Source: Piedraia hortae CBS 480.64 (taxonomy: Eukaryota). From it: a DNA stretch of 64,000 nucleotides. The notes beneath the pieces were generated by a model that made no database searches, was not told where the DNA came from, and worked only from the letters and a program-made list of their open reading frames with translations. Positions 47,226 through 57,099 of the stretch are shown here, one piece after another. The translations under genes and the position numbers were made by a program. The stretch covers positions 558,001 through 622,000 of the forward strand of contig MU005958.1 of the NCBI GenBank assembly GCA_010093745.1, in the 5' to 3' direction. Positions within the stretch are counted from its first letter, which is position 1, and every line of letters starts with the position of its first letter.

Positions 47226-50200
47226 TCAAATCAATACGCCAATCGCCACAAATGCAGCCAGTAAACCTCCCATTCCAAGTCCATGCGATAAGCTTGCACC
47301 CTCTCCAGTATTAACCTTGTCACCACCATAGCCACCCTCGTAGCAGAGTAGCCTGCAGGATTGTGACGGAGTCTGAGACGTGACATATTCAAAAGTTGTG
47401 ACAGTCACCATACCCGCACTCGAAGTTGATTCCAAGACATACTCAATTGAAGTGGTTGTCGAGTATGCCACATTCTGCACAGTGCTTGACGAATTGCTGA
47501 CAACAGTCTCCAGCGTTAGAGTTGGTTGTGTCCAGGTCAAAATGTCTGCCGTAGATCCAGTCTCAGTCACCACAACCGTCACCGTCTTGGGGCCCGAGGT
47601 TTCTACAATGGTGCTCACATTGGTGACCGATGCAACAGGAGTACCAGATGAAGTAGTAGGCGTTTCAGTCACCACAGTCTCCAGCGTTAGAGTTGGAAGA
47701 GTCCAGGTCAAAATGTCCGCCGTGGATTCAGTCTCAGTCGGCAGGACTGTCACCGTTACCGTCTCCGGGCCCGAGGTTTCTCCAAGGGTGCTCACTTCAG
47801 TAATGGTTACCACAACAGGTGTACCAGATGAGGTAGCAGTCGTTTCAGTCACCACCGTTTCCAGCGTCAACGTCGGAAGGAGCCAGGTAAGTATACTTGG
47901 CGTGGAATCAGGCCCAGTCAAGATGACGGTTTCCGTAGGGATATCAGAGGTTTCGCCAACAGTAGTCACTTCAGTGACCGATACCACCGGCGCAGAGCTT
48001 GTGGTGACTGAAGTTTCCAAACTCAAAGTCGGCAACGTCCAAGTCAGCATTCCAGTATCTGACGAAGAAGGACTACTGCTGACTGCAGTCTCCAGCGATA
48101 AAGTTGGCAGTGTCCAAGTCAGCATTCCAGTATCCGACGAAGCAGTATCCAGTGACAACGTGGGCAGCGTCACCGTCAAATCCTTCTGCCCTTGGCTGCT
48201 TTCAGTCACAACAGCGGTAACATTGTCCGTAACCGTCACAACGTCAGGTGGCAGGCTCTGTAACTGGCTGCTAGGTGTCGTAACCACGGTCACGCTTTGA
48301 GTAACAGTCACAGTTGATCCTTGTCCATCTGTGCCAGTTGGAGAAGTTGTTGAAACGCCAGAGGGTTGGAGCTGAGACACAATTGAGCTCTGGGTGCCAA
48401 ACACCGTGACAAGAGTGACACAGTCTGTGACCGTCACGGTAGTTGGTGTTTGACCCGGTTGTTCACCTTCAATGGTGATAGTTTTGGTGACAGGAACCTC
48501 CAATGTGGAATTGGTCACGCCCATCGACAAGTCAGATGGTGTAGGTAGGGTGTCAGAATCCGTCACAACCACTGTTTCGCTCATGGTGACTGTCACGGTT
48601 CCCGGGAGCTTGCTCGGCTCTTGGCCACTGGCAGTGAGAGTCTCAGTAACAGGAGTCTCCGATATCACAGATGGTGGAAGCTGAGAGATAATCGAGCTCT
48701 GAGTACCAGAAACCGTTACAATGGTGACACAGTCTGTGACTGTCACGGTGGCTGACTGGCCTGGCTGTTGACCGCTGATAGTGAGGGTTTCAGTAACAGG
48801 AACCTCGAGAGTTGAATTGGGCATGGTCAATGGCGAGCTGGATGGCGAAGATGAACCAGAATCCGTTACAATTGCCGTATCGCTCACCGTGACCGTCTCA
48901 GTGTCCGATTCTTTGCTCGGCTCAAGGCCACTGGGGGTAAGAGTTTCGGATACAGTCACACTCTGCGTAACTGTCAGTGTCTCTGGAGTATCGTTTGACC
49001 CTTGTACATTGGAAGTGAGGCCTTCTGTGGCAAGAGTACCCAGTGTCAATGTCAAAGTAGGCAGAGTTGTTGAGAGATCAGAAGGTTCGATCTGAGACAC
49101 AATCGAGCTCTGCGTGCCAGAAACCGTGACAATAGTGACGCAGTCTGTGACCGTCACGGTAGCCGGCGTTTGGCCCGGTTGGTCACCGCCAATAGTGAGA
49201 GTCTTGGTAACGGGAACCTCCAGTGTGGAATTGGGCATGACTATCGATGAGTCGGATGGCGACAGAGAGCCAGAATCCGTAACAACCGCAGTTTCGCTCA
49301 CGGTGACCGTCTCGGTGCCCGGAAGTTGGCCGCCAATAGTGACAGTATCAGTAGCAGAGACCTCCAGAGTTGAATCGGGCACGACCATGGACGAGCCAGA
49401 TGGCGAGGGCAGAGAACCAGAATCCGTCACGACCGCGGTATCACTCACAGTGACCGTCTGGGTGCTTGGCTCAATGCCACTGGGAGTGATTGTCTCAGCC
49501 ACAGTTATGCTCTGAGTAACAGTCACTGTCCCTGGAGTATCATTTGAGGCTGGTACACCAGAGGTGAGGCTTTCTGTGACATCAGGTGTTGAAAGGCCAG
49601 AGGGTTGAAGCTGAGACACAATCGAGCTCTGCGTACCAGAAACTGTGACAATCGTGATGCAGTCTGTAACTGTCACAGTAGCCGATGTTTGGCTTGGCTG
49701 TTGGCCGCCAACGGTGACAGTACCAATGATAGAGATATCCACTGTTGAATTTGGCATGACCATTGGCGAGCTGGATGGCGACAACAGAGAACCAGAATCC
49801 GTCACGACCGCGGTATCACTCACAGTTACCGTCTCGGTACCCGGTATCATGCTCGACTCAAGGCCACTGGAACTGAGACTCTCAGGAGAAGTCTCCAATG
49901 AATGAGTTGGCATGGTGTTTGTATCAGATAGTGCAGACGAAGATTCAGCAATTGTCTCAACCGTTGTAGCGCTGGCAGTTACTGTCACAGTGCCCGGCAC
50001 CTCATGGGACCCTTGACCACTAGACGTGCTGCTTTCGGTAACAGAAGCAGATGGAACAGAAGAGTTGCCAGAGTCCGTCGGACCAGGATATGGGCTCACA
50101 GTGACGGTCGCCAACGTAGTGGGCGACTCCTGGCTAGGTGTCGATGGAATTTCCGCACTAGGTGAGGTAGATACCGTAGCCACCTCCGTTGCGGGTACTA

Positions 50201-51332
50201 CGCTTGTGGGTGTTTGAACTGGTAGAGCCTCATCCGTAGTGACCGTGCTGGTAAACGTCAAGGTTGGGAGTGTGAATGTATACGCAAAATCAGTGGCCAT
50301 GGAGCTTGGCAAAACTGTGACGATGATAGTAGTTTCCACAGGCATGCTGCTGACAGTGGTTGTCATCATCTGCGTCTCAACGTTATTCACAGTCATGGTA
50401 GATGTCATCATCATGGTGAACGTCTTCCACAGCGTCTCCGTGATTGTGACCGTTGAACATGGCATCGAGTAGACATCGCACACCAAAGAAGCGACCGCTG
50501 TGTCAGATGGTCCAATAGTCGTGATTGTCGGCGTCATGGTCGCTGGAACCGGGCATTCAGTGATTTCGGTAATTTGTCTGATCAACCCAAAAACTTGGTC
50601 TGCAATCGGGTCCACAGCAGCCTTTGGCAGAGGCATCGCCTGTTGCAGGCTATTGTTGACCTCCGCTACGAACTGAGCCGAAGGCATTCCAGTCGAAAGC
50701 TTTTCTAACAGACTGTTGATAATGGCGATGGACTGGGCCTCCAAAGAAGCCGAGAGTCCGCGGAGCATCTGTCCAATCGCTTGTACGTCATCATTCACTT
50801 TAAGGGGTATGTCGTTCAAGCAATCTGGTCTAGCCACAAGTGATTCAATTCCATGGGTGATCACCGAAGCAAGAAGACTTGGTATGGCACTCAGGGCATC
50901 GATGGCATTTGCATACTCCTTGGCCAAAGCGTCAGGCAGACCAGAAAGCGAATCGACCGTAGAATCGCTTGAAATGTTGGTGTTGAGAGCATCGCTAATC
51001 TTCTCCTTTAGATGACAGGGAACCATAGAAAGTGAATTAACGGCTTCTGCGATCCATTCCAAGATAGATTCCTCAACGAGGGCCAGAGCTGATATAGCAT
51101 CGGTAGCATCTGCTGTCATACCAGTCGGGAGGGCCTCCAGTGATCCAATGGCACTGGTGGCTTGCGCGCGAACAGATGTCTGAATGCTCCCCAGTGAATC
51201 AACGGCGCAGGCGGCGTATGTAGGCATCAGCACTGGAGCCACCGTCGACGTATTGACTTGGTGCAGTGCATTATGGTCAGCGTTGGCAACGGCAGTGAGG
51301 GCCAGCAGCACGCCGGCCAGAACCTTCGGCAT
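47226..51332 (-). CDS. Large secreted Ser/Thr/Val-rich, probably GPI-anchored, cell-wall adhesin or mucin with internal repeats
   Basis: Signal peptide MPKVLAGVLLALTAVANA; helical N-terminal region; tandem T/V/S repeats; C-terminal NTGEGASLSHGLGMGGLLAAFVAIGVLI GPI-type signal. No introns are needed. Confidence 0.88.
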   Translation of the reverse strand: MPKVLAGVLLALTAVANADHNALHQVNTSTVAPVLMPTYAACAVDSLGSIQTSVRAQATSAIGSLEALPTGMTADATDAISALALVEESILEWIAEAVNSLSMVPCHLKEKISDALNTNISSDSTVDSLSGLPDALAKEYANAIDALSAIPSLLASVITHGIESLVARPDCLNDIPLKVNDDVQAIGQMLRGLSASLEAQSIAIINSLLEKLSTGMPSAQFVAEVNNSLQQAMPLPKAAVDPIADQVFGLIRQITEITECPVPATMTPTITTIGPSDTAVASLVCDVYSMPCSTVTITETLWKTFTMMMTSTMTVNNVETQMMTTTVSSMPVETTIIVTVLPSSMATDFAYTFTLPTLTFTSTVTTDEALPVQTPTSVVPATEVATVSTSPSAEIPSTPSQESPTTLATVTVSPYPGPTDSGNSSVPSASVTESSTSSGQGSHEVPGTVTVTASATTVETIAESSSALSDTNTMPTHSLETSPESLSSSGLESSMIPGTETVTVSDTAVVTDSGSLLSPSSSPMVMPNSTVDISIIGTVTVGGQQPSQTSATVTVTDCITIVTVSGTQSSIVSQLQPSGLSTPDVTESLTSGVPASNDTPGTVTVTQSITVAETITPSGIEPSTQTVTVSDTAVVTDSGSLPSPSGSSMVVPDSTLEVSATDTVTIGGQLPGTETVTVSETAVVTDSGSLSPSDSSIVMPNSTLEVPVTKTLTIGGDQPGQTPATVTVTDCVTIVTVSGTQSSIVSQIEPSDLSTTLPTLTLTLGTLATEGLTSNVQGSNDTPETLTVTQSVTVSETLTPSGLEPSKESDTETVTVSDTAIVTDSGSSSPSSSPLTMPNSTLEVPVTETLTISGQQPGQSATVTVTDCVTIVTVSGTQSSIISQLPPSVISETPVTETLTASGQEPSKLPGTVTVTMSETVVVTDSDTLPTPSDLSMGVTNSTLEVPVTKTITIEGEQPGQTPTTVTVTDCVTLVTVFGTQSSIVSQLQPSGVSTTSPTGTDGQGSTVTVTQSVTVVTTPSSQLQSLPPDVVTVTDNVTAVVTESSQGQKDLTVTLPTLSLDTASSDTGMLTWTLPTLSLETAVSSSPSSSDTGMLTWTLPTLSLETSVTTSSAPVVSVTEVTTVGETSDIPTETVILTGPDSTPSILTWLLPTLTLETVVTETTATSSGTPVVVTITEVSTLGETSGPETVTVTVLPTETESTADILTWTLPTLTLETVVTETPTTSSGTPVASVTNVSTIVETSGPKTVTVVVTETGSTADILTWTQPTLTLETVVSNSSSTVQNVAYSTTTSIEYVLESTSSAGMVTVTTFEYVTSQTPSQSCRLLCYEGGYGGDKVNTGEGASLSHGLGMGGLLAAFVAIGVLI

Positions 51333-52299
51333 AGCGACAGCGTCGTAATTGAGGAGAGGATGGGACGGAAATGATAGCAAAAACACAATAGTGTGAGGTA
51401 ATGATCAAGAGAAGATGCCAATCGATGTGTGATGGATGGAGAGAGTGTAGTTGGGATGAGTGGGTTAGATGAAAGAAGGATGGGAGGAAGAGAGAAAGGA
51501 AGAAGATTTTATGGCTGGATGGGCGTGGTCCGTCGCGCTATCCCGAGCTAAGATGCGATCTCACGCTTTTTTTCTGAGGAAGGAGCGACGGCAAGGGCGG
51601 GGAATCGTCATCAAATCACACACCCGAGCACCTTAAATCCTAGACACACTGTTATGGTCTGTATGTGGACTGAATGGAGATGTGTCAGATTGAAGACTGA
51701 TACCGCCTTTATTGGCGAGCTGACCTAGTCGTACCATCTAATATGCTATGAATTGCTTCGATCTATCGTTTCAGAACGATTTGCGATATCTTTAATGTTG
51801 GTGGAGTGAAGTTTATCAACCGACTGCGTTCTCTCAACCATGTTGGCTTGGAAGCTCCCCATAAGCTAAAGTAATTACCTTCACGCAGTCTGTACAAACG
51901 GTAGTGTTAACATGGAGTCGTCGCATGGTGCGGATATGAAATTGAGTTTCGAGATTAAAGTGGCATGTGGTGACATCACTTGTGGATGAGCCACGTACAA
52001 TGTGATGCAGGCCGGGATAGCCACTCGAAACAAACCATGCCGTATGTACACCATCACGTTCTTCTAATGGTTCAGAAGAACGTGATAGTAGCAATAGAGC
52101 AGATCCAATTTACACGGCCAATGGAGGCCTTGGCAACTTGACAGAGTATTGGGTATGACTCGCGGAGTCCAAGATGTCGCTTTCTACAAGTCTTGGGGAA
52201 GTCCACACAGAAGATCGAATGCACCCTGAACCTAAACATAAACCGCCGAATCTATCAATTGTACAATATGTTACAAAGCACAGCACCAGAGCTGTTTCC

Positions 52300-54003
52300 C
52301 TAACGTGCAACAAAGCCCCTCCTACTCTTCAACCACGCCTCGTATCCCCATAACTCCATCCCAACAGTCATGTACCTAGCCCACGCCAGAAAAAAGTGCC
52401 CCCAGTAACGTATATCCCACTTACTCCATGCATGACACAATTCCAAGTCCTCACCCAGAACCGTGCGCGCACAGTATTTTGCAAGGATCAAAACACTCCT
52501 CATAGGCCCCAATCTGGTCTGTAAATTCTCATCTAGACTTCTCGTGAGGTCATTTGTCTTGAGAATCAGCAGAATGACCCTCGGAACTCTTCCAAGCAGA
52601 CGAACGATTTCGGTCAGCAGGTCACCTGCATCCATGGCCTCGACGATAGGATGCGGAATTTTCTCGCTTGATGCATGCATTCCAGCTAAGCCAGCGGAGA
52701 AATCCGGCCCTGTTATTGCAGCTTTGAAGATTTCAAAGGTGCTATCGTCCACTCCAGCCACTTCATATGCGTAGCGTCTCATGGCGGGTTCGTCGGAATG
52801 TAGCACAGCTAACCAAAGATGGGCATAAGCCCTTTGCAATGCCAAAGGTATATCTCGGTACAGACCATGGTCGTAGAGGATGATTTCAAAGTTTTTGCTG
52901 CCACGTCCCGCCTTCTTGCGAATAGCAAGATTTCCGCCGTGGGGATCGCAGTGTAAAGGTGCGTCATAGCCAAAGATCATTTCATTGAAGATTTTCGCTA
53001 GCGCGGCAGATACGTCATCTCGGTCAATGTTTTGGGAGTCAAGAAAGGCTAAGTCGTCAAGACGGTGACCAGGAACGAATTCCATCACAAGGATCCTGCG
53101 GTCAGCCCACTTTACGGCGGGAATAACGAGAGGTAGGTTGGGCAGTTTGGAGAAATATTCTTTTACGCGAGTCGCATTGGCGGCTTCCTTTTTAAAATCC
53201 AGCTCTTGCGGGAGAGATATCTCCAGCTCTTCACTCAACCAAGTGAGATCGTATTCGGGGAACCAGTAGCGCAAAGTGCGAAATGACATTCGAGTGAGGG
53301 CAATGTCTAGCTTACTCCATTCATCAAGGCTGGGATGTTGAACTTTGACCGCAACTTTTTCACCAGTCTGCTTAAGACGCGCGATATGAACCTGTGCCAG
53401 GCTAGCTGCACCGATAGGCGCTTTTCCAAACTCAGAAAAGTACTCGTCTAGCTCATGACCAGTGTCGTGCTTGACCATATCCTCGATAGCTTCCAATTTG
53501 CTTACTGGACACTTATCCTGAAGAGGTATAAAGGTATCACACCACTCACTTGGAAGAAGGTAATTCAAGCTGCTCAGATGCTGGCCTAGTTTTATGAAGA
53601 TGCTGCCATTCTTTTCCATTGCGTGCAGTGTGCGCTCTGCGCAACGTTGATGGCATGCTGATACTCTACTCTGATACTCAGGATGGTCGGCTTGCCACAG
53701 AACCCAGTAGTAATCTCCCACGCAAAGAGCGAGGGTTATGACGACGCGGCCACTGCGCTGAGCAGCAACATATGTGTGTCGTGCCTCCTCGCTAAAGGCC
53801 AAAGTAGCTGCTCCAGTGATGAGAACTGCAGTAGCAGCGACGGCGGCTTTCCGATGTCGATCATCTGCACGTATGCGTTGATGCCATGTTGATGAAAGTC
53901 GTCGACTGGGTTGAAAGCGTGAGCGGGCGCATTGTCGACATATCCATGGAGCTGGCCTGCTCAGCCACAAAGTAGGCAGCCGCGCCAGGGACCAGGCAGA
54001 CAT
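52300..54003 (-). CDS. Mitochondrial ABC1/UbiB atypical kinase (ADCK1/Mcp2-like)
   Basis: FIKLGQHL (KxGQ motif), PIGAASLAQVH, VAVKVQHP, ELDFKKEA, LHCDPHGGNL, LYDHGLY; Arg-rich presequence. Confidence 0.92.
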   Translation of the reverse strand: MSAWSLARLPTLWLSRPAPWICRQCARSRFQPSRRLSSTWHQRIRADDRHRKAAVAATAVLITGAATLAFSEEARHTYVAAQRSGRVVITLALCVGDYYWVLWQADHPEYQSRVSACHQRCAERTLHAMEKNGSIFIKLGQHLSSLNYLLPSEWCDTFIPLQDKCPVSKLEAIEDMVKHDTGHELDEYFSEFGKAPIGAASLAQVHIARLKQTGEKVAVKVQHPSLDEWSKLDIALTRMSFRTLRYWFPEYDLTWLSEELEISLPQELDFKKEAANATRVKEYFSKLPNLPLVIPAVKWADRRILVMEFVPGHRLDDLAFLDSQNIDRDDVSAALAKIFNEMIFGYDAPLHCDPHGGNLAIRKKAGRGSKNFEIILYDHGLYRDIPLALQRAYAHLWLAVLHSDEPAMRRYAYEVAGVDDSTFEIFKAAITGPDFSAGLAGMHASSEKIPHPIVEAMDAGDLLTEIVRLLGRVPRVILLILKTNDLTRSLDENLQTRLGPMRSVLILAKYCARTVLGEDLELCHAWSKWDIRYWGHFFLAWARYMTVGMELWGYEAWLKSRRGFVAR

Positions 54004-54175
54004 GTCTTGGCCATCCGGGGGTGAATGGGGTGATGGTCAGAACTATCACGTGATGAAAGTTTAGGGTTGACGGACGTCGTGACAAGCGCCAAGCTATTCA
54101 TACTGTAGCCCACAGATGACATAAACCATTTAACGCCACGCTAACGATTGTTATGCCCAACCCAGTCATTTGAAC

Positions 54176-54756
54176 TCAAGTAGCTCGATGATCTTTGACC
54201 AAGCTCTTAATCTTCCTTTCATACGCTGCCCTGTCCTTTCTGTAGAGGTTATACGCATCGGCCTGGGCTGGAGAGTCGGGATTAACTTCGTCAAGCAACA
54301 TCTGAATGCCCACTAATATCTGCTTCATCGAGATTGCAGGGCGCCAGGATTCGTCTTCGTTAAGAATGGAGAGGCAGACGGTTCCCGAGGGATAGACGTT
54401 GGGGTGAAAGAGCGGCGGTACAAACTTGCACTTAGGTGGCTTCGTTGGATACTCTATTGAAAGTTAAGTTTCACATATAGACAATATAAGGAAGAGGCCT
54501 TGTTACCTTCAGGAAATGTCATCTCCAATTTAAATGCTCCTCCCTCCCAGATGGAGCCTTCGCGGCCGGGAATGACGCAGTCCCAACGTTTAAGATCAAG
54601 AGCGCCATGCGAGTTTTTTATGGGACGTGCCACGAATCCAAAGGGATGATCTTTGCGCCACGATTTACTAGGAAGACGAGTTAGAAGTGCAAACTGCTGC
54701 TTCCTCTTGTTAACTTACCGCTCCTCTTGGAGGCGTGTCATGCAAAGGGAACCCAT
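54176..54756 (-). CDS. UBC9: SUMO-conjugating enzyme E2 (absent from the ORF track)
   Basis: Three exons give [13 protein letters not shown] / [29 protein letters not shown] / [49 protein letters not shown]. Confidence 0.95.
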
Positions 54757-54922
54757 TACTTCGCTGAGTCTACTGCGATGTTGATTGACTACGAGTTAGA
54801 AATGTTGTCACACCGTCGGTGGAACAGTGCTGTGTGTCTATATTTAGCAAGTGGGTGGAATCATGTGACGTATTTTCATACCCGAACCGTGGCCTTGGAG
54901 CGGGGAAGGGAAACTAGCAATC

Positions 54923-55750
54923 ATGAGCGCAAAGGAGGTGGAAACAGCGCCAGATCCTGACGAGGACGATCTTGATGATTTGGACGATGTCTTGGACGAA
55001 TTCAAGGCAAAAACGGCCGCCCCCAAAGCAGCAGAGAAGACGTCGGGCGAGGAGGACCTGGAGAAGCAAGTCGAAGAGGGCATGTCTAGTTTGATGGCTG
55101 AGCTCGACCAGGACCCGGAGATGAAGCAGCAGTTTGAAAAGATGATGCAGGAGCTCATGGCAGCCGGCGCGGCGTCAAGCGGGGCCGAAACCAGCAAACA
55201 TTTCGACGCTGCCGTCAACGCCGCACCTACTGAAGGCGCGAAAAAAGATGAGTTTGGAGACACGATCCGGCGCACAATGGAACGCATGCAACAGTCTGGC
55301 GATGCAGCAACGCAGGCGGCGTCGTCTAATGCTGACGGAGCGGACGAGTTTTTGGTCCAGATGATGCAGAAGCTGCAAGCGGGCGCGGGAGCCGGCGAAG
55401 GCGACGTGGACGATTTGTTGGCCAACATGTTAATGCAACTGACACACAAAGAGATTCTCTATGAGCCCATGAAGAATCTGCACGACAAGTTTCCGGCCTG
55501 GCTTGATACTCATGAGGATATTGACGCCAGCGACCGCCAGCGCTACGAGGAACAGTATAAGCTGACGGGCGAGATCGTTGCGCGGTTCGAGCGGGAAGGG
55601 TACAGCAATGAAAATGACGAAGACAGCCAGTATATCGTCGAGCGCATGCAGAAGATGCACGCATCAGGCAAGCCTCCGTCCGACCTCGTAGATGACGCCG
55701 ACGCAGCCGAAGAAGCACTGGCCGGCCTGGATGAATGTCCACAGCAATAG
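54923..55750 (+). CDS. PEX19: Peroxisomal membrane protein import receptor Pex19
   Basis: PDPDEDDLDDLDDVLDEF, TIRRTMERMQQSG, LTHKEILYEPMKNL, MQKMHASGKPP and C-terminal CaaX CPQQ. Confidence 0.95.
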   Translation: MSAKEVETAPDPDEDDLDDLDDVLDEFKAKTAAPKAAEKTSGEEDLEKQVEEGMSSLMAELDQDPEMKQQFEKMMQELMAAGAASSGAETSKHFDAAVNAAPTEGAKKDEFGDTIRRTMERMQQSGDAATQAASSNADGADEFLVQMMQKLQAGAGAGEGDVDDLLANMLMQLTHKEILYEPMKNLHDKFPAWLDTHEDIDASDRQRYEEQYKLTGEIVARFEREGYSNENDEDSQYIVERMQKMHASGKPPSDLVDDADAAEEALAGLDECPQQ

Positions 55751-55756
55751 CATATG

Positions 55757-56379
55757 CTATGAAAGGTCCATGGCCTCCCCCTCTCCGTCATCAATAGTTG
55801 CAAACAGCGCAGAGTAGTCCGTGCCGCTGCTCCACCGCTTGCTGGACAACGGTGAAGGGGCGTTGGCCGCCAGCGCCGCCGTCTCGGCGTCTTCGTAGCT
55901 CATCATTTCCTCCGCCTCCTGGTCATGATCCATCATCTCCTGCTCCTCTTCATGCATCTGCCCTATCCTGTTTGCTTCTTCGTGCATTTGCTTTTCGTAA
56001 TCCTTCTTGGCCGCCACGAATTCACTTCTCAGCATCTATCCAAAAAAACATCAGTACAAGCTCTTCAACAGACCACATTGGAACTTACAGCCTCCCCTCT
56101 GGCATCCTGTCTCTTCTCATCCCTCGCCTCTCTTGTCTGCCGGAAAAACTTTCTTCTGCGTTCGTCTTGTAAAGCGGCCTGAGTCGGGCCTCTTCGGGCA
56201 GCCATTTGCGTCCGGGAGAGGGCCTCCCATTTGGATGTCTTCCGTTGCTCGCTCTGATTCGCCTTGCTTGTGGTTTGCGAAGGCTCGCTTGGCGGTGTCC
56301 AATGGTTGCCTCGGTTCTCGTCCGGGGATGCCATGGGATATGTATGCCCAAAAATGGGGAAGGATTGCGCTGAAAGCAT
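55757..56379 (-). CDS. Small hypothetical protein with a charged helical core (possibly RPA-interacting-protein-like)
   Basis: Intron at about 56088-56036 (GTAAGT..ACTGAT..TAG) joins ..DERRRKFFRQTREARDEKRQDARGEA to MLRSEFVAAKKDYEKQM..; acidic tail. The start codon is uncertain. Confidence 0.65.
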
Positions 56380-56458
56380 TTTGCAACGTGAAGATTGTGT
56401 GAATTCTCTGAAAGTGTAGAAGTGTGTGCGATTGCGGCTGATTACTTCGCTGACTCTT

Positions 56459-56492
56459 TGACGCGCGACGCGTGACGCGTTAATTGGCGCGG
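56459..56492. promoter_or_regulatory. MCB box cluster
   Basis: ACGCGCG, ACGCGT (56468-56473) and ACGCGT (56475-56480) about 90 bp upstream of the gene at 55757-56379. Confidence 0.6.
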
Positions 56493-57099
56493 GGTGGCGT
56501 GGCGCGCTAATGCAATGACGCAGGACCCCCCCCCCAATTTCATCCTCAGCCTTAAAAAATGGGCCAATTTTCACAACCATTCACGTCGCAGAATTTTGAT
56601 ACAGCAACGATGCAACTTAGCAGACAAAACAAAAATTTGGTACCGAGACTTTTCTTCAAGCTATCTGGTGAACCCTTCACCCATTCCATCTACCTTTCTT
56701 CAACACGAGCGTTGATCTCAAAACAGCAATCCTACCTTATCGAAAAACAGGCAACTGAATAATTTTGGGGTTGGCATGTTACATAATCTTTGAGGAGGCC
56801 AAGCATTTGATCGGATGACCTGCCCCCGGAACGAAGTCACCACAGAAAAGACATCGTACATACACCCAAGTAGCCTGCACTGAGCGCCCTCGGCCTCCCA
56901 CCCATGAAAAATGACCGCCTTTGTTACTGATATCATCTATTAGGGTTATATATACGCAAATTTCCTCCTGACATCAAGCCCATTCGCAGCTGCCACCTTT
57001 TTAGTTCCACGCCCAACCAAGAGCTCATGGTATCCTGCAATCTCATTATGACTTCAGATGATTTATCTTCTCGCTTTGGGAGTACAATATTCCAGCGTA

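Noticed and set aside
47380..49900. Regularly spaced DNA repeats as a CRISPR-like array
   Set aside because: The repeats are in-frame coding units with synonymous variation inside a eukaryotic gene; there is no constant repeat/unique spacer structure and no cas gene.
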